This document shows, one piece after another, positions 1-13,029 of a stretch of 64,000 nucleotides of DNA (positions are counted from its first letter, which is position 1; each line of letters begins with the position of its first letter). The translations under genes and the position numbers were made by a program. The notes beneath the pieces were generated by a model. That model was not told where the DNA came from. It ran no database searches and saw only the letters and a list, made by a program, of their open reading frames with translations. Source of the stretch: Camelus ferus (lineage: Eukaryota); the NCBI RefSeq assembly GCF_009834535.1, contig NC_045701.1, positions 61,318,001-61,382,000 on the forward strand, given 5' to 3'.

Positions 1-2139
1 TAGGGCTTTCTTGTAGTCCTCAGTTCTAAACAGTTAGCATTTTTCTCAAGACCCCTAACCACCCCTCTCCTCACTCTCAGCAGATTACCTTATCAAATAC
101 GTTATAGGCAGGAAAAGAAGACATAAGAAACACAACAGCCTTCAACTTCCCCTGTCCCCTCCACCTCTAGACCCACCCACAGTGGCATCCGATTCTTGCC
201 TGTACCTTTATGAACTAGGAGAATTAGGCATTTGCTCTTTCCAGATCATGCACATATTCATGGACATGTAAATGGTTTCTAGACTTTTCACTATCACTAA
301 CAATTTCACAGTGAATTTCCTTATGCCTATCCCTCTGTGCTCTTGCACACATCTGGAATTGCCCATGTTATTAGCTAAATTAGTTCATTTGATCTGTCAC
401 CAACCCCCACTGTACCGTCAAACTTTGAAAAAGTTGAGCAGCCACACCAACTAGGTCAGAGAAAAAAGACAGATCAGCAGTTCTAACTTTTCTCAGCGAT
501 ACATTTTCTGATCTCACCTTTACAGAGACCTAACTGGCGTGACTGATTATTCAGCACAGTTCGCCGATGTTACTTAGATGTGGTCAATACGGGGTAATGT
601 GAACAGACAGCCGAATATGAAGAGCCTAATACTTGCTCTATGAGTTGTTCATGGCATTATGAGAACATTTGTTCTCCTAAAAGCTCAGGATGCCAACTCC
701 TTCTTAATAAAACATTACTTTAGCTCTATTGGGTTGCAATTAACCTCTCTGTCATGGACTGCCTATTCTTAAAAATAAAAGGAAGTTGCAGCGGCAGTTA
801 AATCAATCTACTAGACTGCAACACAAGACTCTAATCTACAAGAAAAAAGCTTAGGTAAACAATTATACTCTTGGCCAAAGAGACTACATGGTATAATTAC
901 TCATATTTCATCTGCTGTTTCCTCTCTAAAGAAAACCATTGGCTTCCCACAAGGGAAAGGTTGCTATTTTTGCTGTTATTCTCATTCCTAAGGAATTTTT
1001 TTTCTCTCAATTATTGGCATGAAGATGCCATAACTATTGGGAACACACTATAAGTGTCTCGGCAGTTTTGCAATCTGTTTGAAAATACTGTACAGTATAA
1101 ATGGGCAGAGATTTGGGCCACCTCTTTTAGAACACATATGGATAACCAACAGAATGGATTTCTTGGCTGTAATTTTTCCCTTTTGTATTATTACAAATGA
1201 TGTATCAGGCACCATTGACTGATAATCTGACCAACAGTTTCAAGACCTCAATACCAGGAATGAAAGATAGGGAAAACACTTTCCCCCTCCCTTGAATTAC
1301 TATCAGCAAATTCTATTGTTTCAAAACAGTACAATCCTGTCAGAATCAGAGTGTTCTCAACCTGTGCTTCATTTTTATACGGAAAAAGGAGAGCAGGGGA
1401 TTAGGGAGCCCAAGCCCCAAAAGTACGTCTCCACTGAAAGGATGAGGCAGCATGCTGCAGTACGGAGAACACTGGATCACAAACCAATCAGACTCTGAGT
1501 GTCGAGATCTTCAACAGAAAAATGGAGATGATGATACTAATTTTCAGAATTACAGGAGTGAACAATAAAGAATACAAAGCTTCTGACACATATTAACTCC
1601 TCTATCAAAACTGGTTTTCTTCCCCTGCAACGGTTTTTGCTACCATCCATCACGGTATAAGCCAAAGGTATTGATGACGTCACTCACTGTCATTTAAGTT
1701 AGAGGCAAAAATTAATCTAGAGTGAAGTTTTGGTGATCATAGGATTCATTATGAGGAAGAGCTACACTCAAGTTAGTTGTCTGTCGTCACGTTATAGTTA
1801 CTACCCCAGATACAATTTAGAAATAAAATTCACAATTAGCCAGTTTACACAAGTCCTTCAGCCACATGTCTGAGTTTCCTGGTAAATATACCACTACAAG
1901 TAGGAGATTGACATCGCTTCCAAACACTTTGTCAAATCCTCAAAGGATGTGGGCCTTTGTCACTGGCCCCTTTTCACAATAAGAAGATAAAATGCCCTTG
2001 TTCTGTGATGAAAAAAGTTATATTCTGGCTTTACGGTGTGTAATTTCCCTTGTCTGTTCTGCATCCTAAAACACTATTTCCTATATCCTAGACCAAGGTT
2101 TAATTACCTAAGTAGTTGTTGAAAATTTTGGAAACACCC

Positions 2140-2545
2140 TCAACCCACTCCCTTGCAAGCATCCTCAACTCCCTGACCCTTCTCCCTGATTCTTGAGTTT
2201 CTTGATTCCTGCTCATCTGACCAAATCCCAACTCTGGTTAAATCCAACCCACCTACTTTGGCACCTAGACACCTCTGACTAAATATGGGTGAACTAAACG
2301 CATAATCATGCTCGTAGACACTAATGAAATGTATGACCACGAGCCTCACATGGGCCTTAGTGTTGCCCAGCAAATCTGCTGAATTTAACCTTGGCCACTC
2401 CATTCTCTACACAACCATTTCATACCTCCTCTTCCTTCTTATCCTTTCAACACCCTCTCACCTCCTCACCATTCTTATTCTCAGTTGATAACTGCATTTC
2501 CTCTTTTATACTGAGGAAATAAGAGAAATCAGCAGAAAGCTTCTA
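2140..2545 (+). mobile_element. L2 LINE internal fragment (degenerate)
   Basis: Pyrimidine-rich sequence with L2-like motifs (e.g. CAAATCCCAACTCTGGTTAAATCCAAC; TTTTATACTGAGGAAATAAGAGAAATCAG). Confidence 0.65.
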
Positions 2546-3809
2546 TTATATATTTACTTGTTTGTGACCACCCCCCCCCCATTAGATTGTAAGGGAAGGA
2601 ACTTTGTTTCTCCAAGACCTGGAGTAGGGCCTGCACAATCCCGTGCGTTCAGTCAGCATTTCTGGTTGGGGAAAACAGATAAAATAAACAAAAGGAATTA
2701 ATATTCCTAGAAGAGTCATGAAAAGGTTCACTTTAAGTAACTCTGGTGCCCAAGGCTGAATTAAAAGTAAGGGTATTGTCTCCAAATACCCTTAACACTC
2801 TAGACTCAAATTACTTTGATACTATGCTGTTATCATGAAATCTCATCTGCCCTTTCCCAAAAGTTCCACGTTCCCCTTTGTTCAACTTAAAAAGTTGAAA
2901 GATGCATTTTGGTGCCAAGTTTTCAGAGCATAATTTCCTATACTGCTAGTTTCATAGGGATAGTAGGATGATTGCTTAATGGCATAAATACTTTATTTCT
3001 ATTGAATTTTTCATATTAAATTTACAACTCACATGAATAATAGAAAGTAGCTTGTATACACCATTCATAGTTACATTGTGCAATACTTCTTTAGAAATCT
3101 GTTGTGTAATTTGAAAGGTGTGGAGGAGTCTCAAAATAAAAGTCTACTTAAAATAAGCTCTTCCACTACAAATTCTGGCACTGAAAAGAGATATTTTGCT
3201 CTAATGCTTTTCACAATGGAGTTTGATTTTGCCTGTAAATTCTAATTTACATGTCTATTGAACACACAGTTCAGAAATCAAGTGGTCTGAGTTGTCTGGA
3301 GTTTATTCAAATGTCATATTTTGTAAGAATAAATTACACATTTAAGAGAGAAAGAGCTCTATGATTCTGAAGGGACGATGCAGAGAGATAGGGGTGGTGG
3401 CAGATAAATGGAGAGATATTAATTTGAGAAATAAAAGTCAGTCCTTCAACATTAGCACACTCTCCCCAACCTCACTGTAAAATGCTACCAACGTTCAGTT
3501 TCCATAAATAGTCACCACCATTATTGTTTCAGCAGGTCAAAACTATGAGAAAGTATTGTGCTTTTCTTCGCCAACTTTATCTGTGGCATGAAATCATTTA
3601 AAGTAAATGAAAAAAAAAAATCATCAAATATAAATGAAAATTTAAGTATAAATATTTAGGGGAGAAATTCTGTGCCATTAAAGCTTCTTACTCAGTCAGG
3701 GTGTCATTCATGTAAGAAGGCAAGAGAAATTCAGTTGAGAAATATGTTAGGCCACAAATCATGTGCCAATCAGCTATCTTTTATTTTAAAATTTATCACT
3801 TTAGGGTAC

Positions 3810-5135
3810 ATTCAGCTGTTAGCTGTAGGTTTTTCATAGACGTTCCTTATCAAGTTGAGGAAGTTCCCCTCTAGTCCTACTTTGCGGAGAGTTTTCATCA
3901 TGAATGAGTGCTGGGGATTGTGAAATGCTTTTTCTGTGCCAACTGATACGATCATATGAGTTTTCTTCTTTAGCCTGTTGTGGATTACAGTGATTGATTT
4001 TTGAATTTTGAACCAGCTTTGCATATGTGGAATAAATCCCACTTGGGTATGTGTGTAATTCTTCTAATACATTATTGGGATCTATTTTTGTTGAGGATTT
4101 TTACAACTACATTCATGAGAAACATTGACTGGTCTGTAATTTTCCTTTCTTGTAATGCCTTTTTCTGGGTTTGGTATGATGGTACACCTGGCCTCATAGA
4201 ATGAGTTAGGAGAGTTCTCTGTACTACTATTTTCGGGAAAAGAAAAGACTGTGTTTTCACCAATGAAACCATCTGCACTTCTAATTTTGGAAATTTATTC
4301 ATTATTAACTTATTTAATAGATATAGGACAATTCAGGTTATCTATTTCTCCTAGGGTGAGTTCTAGTAGTTTGTACCTTTTAAGGAGTTGGTCCACTTTA
4401 ACTAATTTTCAATTCAGTGACTACAGAATCATTCAAGGTTTTTTGTGTGTGTTTGTTTTTCGCATGCTTTCATGTCCATGGGATGTGCTGTGATAGCCCT
4501 TGTTTAATTTCTGACATTGGTAATTTATGTCTTCTCCTTTTTTCTTGGTTAGCCTGGCTAGATGTTTGTTAACTTCAATATTCTTTTCAAAGAGTAAGCT
4601 CTGGGTTGTAGTCATTCTCTCTAATGTTTTGTTCTATTTTCTATTTCATTGATTTCTACCCTAAGGTTCATTACTTCTTGTCTTCAGCTTTCTTTGGCTT
4701 AAATTGCTCTTCTTTGTCTAGCTTCCTAAGGTGGAAGCTCAGGTTATAAATTTTATATCTTTCTTCATTTCAAAAATATGCATTTAATGATATACATTTC
4801 TCTCTAAGCACTGCTTTTGCTGCATCTCAAATATTTGATAAGTTGTATTTCCATTTAGTTCAAAATATTTTTCTAATTAAAGGCTTTTTTTTTTTTTTTT
4901 TGGACCCATGGGCTATAAAGAAATGTGTTAGTTCCCAAATATTTAGGGATTTTCTAGTTGTCTTTCATCGTTTTCTAGTTTAATTCCATTACAGTCTAAG
5001 AACATACCTGGTAAGATTTTTTACTCTTTTAAATTTGTCAAGGTGTATTTCATGGCTAGAATGTGAGCTAGTCAGTGACTGTTCCTTGTTAAGTTTGAGA
5101 AGAATATGTATTCTGCTGCTACTACATGGAGCACC
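3810..5135 (-). mobile_element. L1 (L1M-type) ORF2 fragment in KCNH5 intron 4
   Basis: Minus ORF 3812-4042 (MGFIPHMQSWFKIQKSITVIH...KTLRKVGLEGNFLNLIRNVYEKPTAN) matches the L1 ORF2 segment [23 protein letters not shown]...[26 protein letters not shown]. Flanking ORFs are broken L1-like frames. Confidence 0.93.
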
Positions 5136-6334
5136 ATGAATTTTAAAACAAAGGAGCATTAAACCTAAGTACTATTAGAAGATTATTCTATTAAAAACAG
5201 TATTTATTTTTTCTACTTTAAACTTCCTAGACACTGGGTCTATGAGTAAAGGCAGAGGAACAGGTAGTATGGGTCCAAAAATAAATACTTTATTCAATCT
5301 TACAGGAGATGATTTAATTCACACATTTGCAGAAACACTCACAAATGAAGTGTTCTCTGTTATACTTTAAATGGTCTGCATATCACAATATTTTCCTCTT
5401 GTAATTTGATGCTAACCAGAGACTGAGCAGGTATTACACATATAATAACATATACATATATAATATATATAATTCATATATTATATGAATTTATATCCAG
5501 GGAATAAACCTAATAAAATTTTTCTATAATTATGGTTACAGCTGAAATGATTAAAACTTGTGTCAGTTTTTTTAAGAGGTAAGAAAAGGCAATGTTCACT
5601 AAATGTAACAAAAATATTTGATTTTTAGTCTCCTAAGAGATTATTAAAAATAACATTTCATAAAAACTTCTTCCAAGGGTATTTGAAATTCTTCATTTAT
5701 ATGACACCAGTTGCTAATTTAAACATAACTGGAGAGAATAAAATGAGAGTAAATTACACAGAAAAGTGGGTAAAAGCTCATGCCACTGACTAATGTTTCC
5801 TACAGCAGTCTCTGAGTATTACAGTCAATAAGACTCCAATCAGAACGTTTGCATTTTGCCAGCCACTCTCTGGATGACAGAACTTTTCTTTACATAATTT
5901 AGCAACATCTACTCAAGAGAATCTACAACAACCAAATAAAGGGAGAAACATAACCTGCAAAAGTCAACTAATCAAACTCTAATCAATGTAACAAAATTTA
6001 ATCAACTAATCAACTGTGTTCTAACAGAACTTCACCCAAACAATCCCACAAGCTGTTTTACTTTCTATTTCTAAAGCTCAGCATGATAGAAGTTGTTGAA
6101 ACTCCTATTATATTGATTTGAAACTAACAATGCTTTATGAAATCTCTTCCTTGTATCTTAACGTCAATTCTCTTATTATAATTTAAGTTAACCAACTATT
6201 ATTTCAACATTCTACTTCCATTCAAATAATATGATTGAATAAAACATTCTGGACAGTTACTCGAATGAATATAAAGCAAAAGAAGGGTCACAAAGTAAAA
6301 ATTTGTTTTCCAGTTCAACTAGTGGATTTTGTTA

Positions 6335-6376
6335 AAATAATAAAATAATAATAGTAATAATAATAATAATAATAAA
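6335..6376. repeat. (AAT)n microsatellite
   Basis: aaataataaaataataatagtaataataataataataataaa. Confidence 0.9.
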
Positions 6377-6399
6377 TTTAAGTGATAGGCTAATTCTTA

Positions 6400-6717
<318 letters not shown>

Positions 6718-9288
6718 TTATCAACTACCAGTTGATTTTGATACAACTACCAAAAATTAATAAATACATTTTTCAACCCAAAATATCAAAATGGCGGTTT
6801 CACTATTTAAGCAATGCCAGCATTACCGTTAGATCGGAGTCCCTACACCACTCTTACCAACTCCTTTTGATAGTCTCGCCAAGTGTGAGCATTCCTACAT
6901 GCTTCTCCTTGTCACTTTGACAAGTGTTTCCATTTGACTTCAAAAATCAATACCTGATGTTCTGATAAGTATTCTTTCTGGAGGAACATCTGAAATGCTT
7001 TTCTATCTCAAGTCTCTCTCATCAGTCAGATAAACTTACAAGATAACTCTATAGGTCTGACTGCATCCCCACATCAGAGAAAGAGAACTTTAGCAACCGT
7101 TGAGCCCTGATATACACAGAACTATACCAGACACCTTTAAAGTCATGTTAAAGGGAAAAAAAATGTCCCTAGTCCTTGAAAGTCTCAGGCATCTTCATGA
7201 TACACTGCTCCCACCTCTCTCACTCAAAGCATGAGGTTGGACCTTGTCATCATGTTTTTGAAACAATGGCTCCTGCAGACTTCAGAAGACACAGAGTTTC
7301 AAAGCATTCAAGGCTTAGGATTTGGACAAATCAGAAACTGGAATTATGTCAAATAATAAATATTTGAAGACACAAGAAATGCCTACAAAGGAATAATTAC
7401 CCATTAAATGATAAAGCACTGAGGGAACATTCCATCAGAATCAAAAAGACACATTTTCCATTACAGTCTTTCCAAGCCACAGTGCAATAAAGCCACTCCA
7501 AACACTCTGTCTTAAAGACATTCATTCTTGTCAGGTTTGGGATATGGGGAGTGAACTGTACAGCTGTTAATAGTCTCTAGGTAAGAGTTGATGGCCTGTT
7601 AGTGAGATCTCCAAAGAAAACCAATAAGAAGCACCTCCATATCTCTGGCCAAAAATTACCAGGTAATATCACCACAAAGGGGAATTTTCCATTTACATGA
7701 GAATAGGTGACTTAACTACTGGGTGCTAGAAGTCAGAGAATTAGAGAGGAGATTTCTATAAATATTCAGTTTCTGACAACCCAGTCCTTTGCAACCTGAG
7801 GGGGCCTACGGAAAGACATGGCCTTTTCCAAAATGATTACAGGATGAGACAGGGATCTCAAAAACAATCACACCATCGCCCAGAAAGGCTTGCTCTTTGT
7901 TTTCTGCTTCTTATTTTACACAGTGTGTCCAGGAACTGTGAGTGATGTGCACAGTTTGACAAATCACCAGACCCAGATGCTGGCAGATACATGGCCTGTG
8001 GCTGTTCCAACACAGTGAGCTTGAGGCAGCACGGTCATAAACAGAGAAAAAGGGGCATTAAAAATAAGTCGTTTTCCAAGGTCTGTTAGAAATCCAAATA
8101 GAAAGAGATGATGTTACAGTTCAGACCTTCCTATGAAAACTTTTCAAATTTTGGCATAGATTCAGGGCTATTTTTAAAATTGCTTTCAGATATCACGGTA
8201 GAGTTTTTTCAAGTTGAGTTACAGAGTTAGACTTCCCTAAGTAGGCTGAGTTTTTGCTGAGTGGCTAATCCATATTCTGGATTTGGGGTTCAAGGTGATG
8301 GGAATTCCGGGAGGGTTAGGCAAAGAGGTCTGTAGCTGCTGGGAACTCAAGGCAATGCCCTGGCACAGATTATCTGGAGTTGCCCCAGCTATGACAGTTC
8401 TGCCTTTGTGTAAACACAAAGATCCATTTTCAGTCATTATCCCAGAGCCACTGCTTCCTTTCCAACAGTAGAAGAAGCTCCATCAATCAGAGCAATGGAT
8501 CTAAAGAAGAGAGGCTGCAAACTGAAATGTCAATCGTGACACATATTATTAAATCAGATACCTCAATCTCTCCGTTGGCAAATGGTGTTTAGCCTAATTA
8601 TTCAACGGAAGTGTTGGGAGGACTTGGCATTCAGGCATCCCCAAAACAGTTTTCTACAGACATGTGAACTTTTCTAACATTAAAAAATGTCCTAAACATA
8701 CTTTTTTCAGTTGACTTTCAAAAGCCTTTAGCTAACTATTTACAAGATTATTTAAAGCTGCTTTTAAAGTACAGTAGAACTCCATTGCAATACATGGGTA
8801 ATTTCTACTCTTCATATTAAAGGAAAAAAAAACTCAATGCAGATACTATCCGGAAGAGTTTTAATCTATAGTGCTGTGGGCTATAATTCCTACTGGCACT
8901 AAGCAGACAGCTACATGTATATAGATAGTTATCTGAAAAGAATCAGACAGGCCTGAACAAAGGCAAGATAATTATTTCAAGCCATCAAACTAAAGCAAAC
9001 CATCCAAACTACCTTGGAAGGAAACTTTTGGGAATGAAAAATTCAAGTTACTGCTAACATGATTTAAGAGATATAAACAAAACAAAATTTTCATGAAGCT
9101 ATTTTTGAGAAAAATCAGAAACTATGGACTTGTCTTTGAAGCTTTAAAATCAGAAAAAAAATTGGTTATTCTGCTTAAATGCCAGGGTGAACTGATTTTA
9201 GTAATATGGAATACTTTTAAATTATTTGCTAAACTCCAGGCACATATTTAAGTCATTCAAGGAATAACAGCCCTACATGAAAATGAAA

Positions 9289-9434
9289 GGGAGGGGTCGG
9301 GGGAAAACTCAAGTGGTAGAGTACATGCTTAGCATGCACAAGGTTTTGGGTTCATTCCCCAGTATCTCCATTAAGATAAATAAATAAAAAACCTAATTAC
9401 CTCCCCACCAAAAAAATTAAAATTAAAAAAAAAA
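9289..9434 (+). mobile_element. Vic-1-type camelid tRNA-derived SINE
   Basis: Head AACTCAAGTGGTAGAGTACATGCTTAGCATGCACAAGGTTTTGGGTTCATTCCCCAGTATCTCC, body CTAATTACCTCCCC, A-rich tail. Confidence 0.88.
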
Positions 9435-9581
9435 TTTTTTAACAAAAGGGAGTTTAGGCATACAGGTCTTCTACAAATAATTATCAGTATTTGGACCTGG
9501 TGAAAAAGACCCAGAAAGCACTAGAGCTCAGCTTTTCTCTTGCAGAAGACAGAGCTGATCATTCAGAATGGATTGCTTTCT

Positions 9582-9727
9582 TTTTTCTTTTTAAATTTTT
9601 AAATTTAATTTATTGGGGGGGTGGTAATTAGATTTATTTATTTTAATGGAGGTACTGGGGATTGAACCCAGAACCTCACACACGCTAGGCACGCACTCTA
9701 CCACTGAGCTACTACCCTCTCCCCCTT
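9582..9727 (-). mobile_element. Vic-1-type camelid SINE with target-site duplication
   Basis: Minus strand reads AGCTCAGTGGTAGAGTGCGTGCCTAGCGTGTGTGAGGTTCTGGGTTCAATCCCCAGTACCTCC. Flanks AGAATGGATTGCTTTCT (9565) and AGAATGGATTGTTTTCT (9728) form a 17-bp TSD with 1 mismatch. Confidence 0.93.
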
Positions 9728-10963
9728 AGAATGGATTGTTTTCTAGCTGACAAGCCAACAGACATTTGGCTATGATGTCAAAGAGAAATACCTTTTCAGC
9801 CTTGATTCTAAAATGAAGGATAAGATGAAAGGACATTCCATAGGTAAAACCACTGAGGACAAATGTTCCTGTTACCAGGTGCACTGCTGTGAAGCAGTGC
9901 CTATGGGTGTTGTTACCCCTATGATAGTCTATTAATAAAAAGAGAAACCCAAATTCAATTCTAAATATTCCATAGAGAACAAATGTTTAAGGTACAATGG
10001 AGAGGATAAATTATGCTCCACAAAACCCAACCAGCATAAATATGGTACAAGTGTTTCCTGTTGAAGCTAGAATGATTCCTGAACTGGGGAAGAATTTACC
10101 ATCAATTTCCACTTAAGATAAAAACTGGCTTTGCAATCATTTATCATTAACACTAAATAAATTAACTCATCCCATGCAGGGACTGTTCATTTAAAAAAAA
10201 TAAAGAGGTCAGTTTAGGAATACAGCAAAAAGAAATAAATTAAGTGACTATTCAAAGAAAACATTAGAAAAGAGACTGGTTGATGAGTGTACTAGTTGCT
10301 TTTTCGTTTGGCTGTTTTTTTTTCCCTCCAAGCCCAATAGAGAGTCTTATCAGACTCTCCCGTAAGTATTTAAGACCATATCATGCCGTCTTATGTGATT
10401 ACATAATGGACAACTGACCACTCACAAATCCCATCATCGAGAACAGCACACGACAGTCAACACAAAGTTACTGGATGTGAATGACCCATTCTGAAAGTAA
10501 TAATTACTTTCATGAGCCTTCCACACAAAACAGTCTGAGTCTAAAAAAAAGGTCCTACTGGTAAAGATTCACATTATATACCATGTATTCACATGTCATC
10601 TATGTATGTGTAGAAAGGTAATCACACATACCCATTGACACCAATCAACTTTCCCTTTAATCATAAGAAGAAATGAATGCATTTCTCTGACATTTTTAGT
10701 TGCTGTCACATAACTATAGGATCTTTACCATGGGTATTAATCACGAAACATTTTGCCATCTGACACAAAAAAGTCACGTTCAAAATGCACTGTATTGTTC
10801 TTTCATTTCTCAAAAGGTTGCTTTTTATAAGTATTATTTATTAATTTTGCTATCTAATTTTACCAGTACCTCCTGCCAAAAGAAGCAATAAAAGTTTTAT
10901 ATTCTCCCTACCCTATAACTACCACTTACTGAAACATAATATTAATCGAGTTGACATGTCTTA

Positions 10964-11116
<153 letters not shown>

Positions 11117-11317
11117 TCAGTTTCATGTTGCTTTTCAGTGCTACATAAAATCATCTATTTGTCTTTTTCAAATTAGGTATTCAGAATTAGTTACAAAATA
11201 TAATGTTGCTCCCACAAAATGAATTAAAATATTGAAACTATGTTCTAATCATGATTGTTAAACTGCTTGCTAAAAGCTAGCTTTAGAAATTATTTTGAAC
11301 ATAAAGAGAGAGAAAGA

Positions 11318-12394
11318 CGCAGTCCTCACTTTACACAGGTCCAATATGCACCAATTTTAGTTAACATGCTTTAGTTAAATAATACCAGTTTCCCAACAGC
11401 ACAGTCCAAACTTCAGTTTCCACAATACATTAACTGTGAATGATTGCATAAAGTATAAGATTTGCTGCTAGCTTATCGGTCTACATGTCACTAGTAAATA
11501 ACAAGGACACATTACAATCAGTGACCAATGCCATCACTTCTTTCAGAGCCTGTCAGTATTACTGTGCATCTACTACTAAGTTCCTGCACAGACAGCAAAG
11601 CATGTAGCTGTGTTGTCTTTTTGTCTCTCTGTGGTAAACTCACGTGACGTTTTACAAAAATAGATAATCAAAGGCAAGAATTCTCAATCAAAGATGAAAG
11701 TCTATCAAAGAAATGAAAAATGATAATGCTGGAAGTGAAATTCAAATTAAACATAAACAAAGTGTCTTCTTCTATAAGAATAGCAGGAATGTTAATACTG
11801 TTGTCATTTGAGAGACTCTAGATACGCACCCAGAAAAACTTAGTGACAACAAACTTATCAACATAAATCAGGAAAATTGTGATAAAAAGAATCAAGGTTT
11901 CCCAAGGGAAATAATGCTAGGGTCAAAAAAAAAAAAAAAAAAAAAAAAAACCAACAAAAAAACTTCACATTAAACGAGCCCTAAGAGGTAGTTCACAATA
12001 CTGAAAGTCATAGGATAAAAGAGTTGAAGTGGATTCAGACTCAAAAAGGAGTATGATTGCTAACAGATATGAAAAAATACCCTCTTAATATTATATTACA
12101 AGAATGCAGGTATGTTCAAATAACTCATGGTAGCTTTTTACAAACAAATGAAACATTTTAATTCTCAATGTCTCTAATGTTCTAAGGCTCAATGTACTAA
12201 ATAAATACCAGTTTTACTATTATTTTCATTTCCGTGCAGTTATAACCAACAGAATTTTTTTAATATTTTGACAATTTTAAAGGTCACAGAACAATCACAA
12301 TTTTTTTCATTGAGTACTGAGACCACATTACATGGTTTCAGCTTGCACGGTCTTTTTTATGCTCCCAAACTACAATGAAATGTGAAGACTCCAT
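11318..12394 (+). mobile_element. TcMar-Tigger DNA transposon remnant (Tigger6-like)
   Basis: 5' end GCAGTCCTCACTTTACACAGGTCCAATATGCAC; internal transposase-like remnant (AAAGATGAAAG...GCTGGAAGTGAAATTC); degenerate inverted end ...AATGAAATGTGAAGACTCC. Confidence 0.75.
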
Positions 12395-12857
12395 ATTACA
12401 CATAAACTGCATCAGCTTTCTCATTATTTATGAGGATTTTTTTTTTTGAGATATGCACAAGTGTAGCTAATGGGAGGAAAATAAAGGAAACAAATTGAAG
12501 GAGACACATGCTATTACTACAGCTAGAAGAACTCACAAAGACAGATTAAAGAGTGAGCATCCACATCCCACAAACAGTTCCTAATTTTTGAAATTATCTA
12601 TTTTCCTAAGAGAATCTCACCAAGAGTCTGCAAATCTATAAAACAGGACACAGTCAAAGACTAAGCCTCTAAAACTCTGTTCACAATCATCAAGTGTGCA
12701 TCTGGTTTTAGATACCTAGTTCTACTAGTTGCTATAATATTCCAGACCATGTCTTCCACCAGGAAAAAAATAGGTGGCACTTGACTAAGTTTTTGAAGGC
12801 TCAAGTATATCTTTGCTATTGCTTTTCTTCCAGTTTTCAACAAGTTAGCTTATTGGC

Positions 12858-13029
12858 CAGAGGTAGATCCAAGTGTGGTGGAGCCTGAAGCAATTTTAGG
12901 GGCCCTCTTCAAGGAAGGGAATACAAAATTATAAAACAAAATCAGGTAGAGAGCGCCTTGAATGGCACGCACTCAAGTGAAAACCCCTGAAGGTTAAGAT
13001 TTATCATCTTTATGGGAAATCTGCTCCTG
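12858..13029 (+). mobile_element. MER53-like hAT MITE
   Basis: Termini CAGAGGTAGAT...ATCTGCTCCTG; internal GGGGCCCTCTTCAAGGAAGGGAATACAAAATT as in MER53. Confidence 0.8.

Noticed and set aside
5450-5500. TA-rich near-palindrome AATTCATAT-ATT-ATATGAATT
   Set aside because: Low-complexity TA sequence readily forms such symmetry; nothing else supports it.
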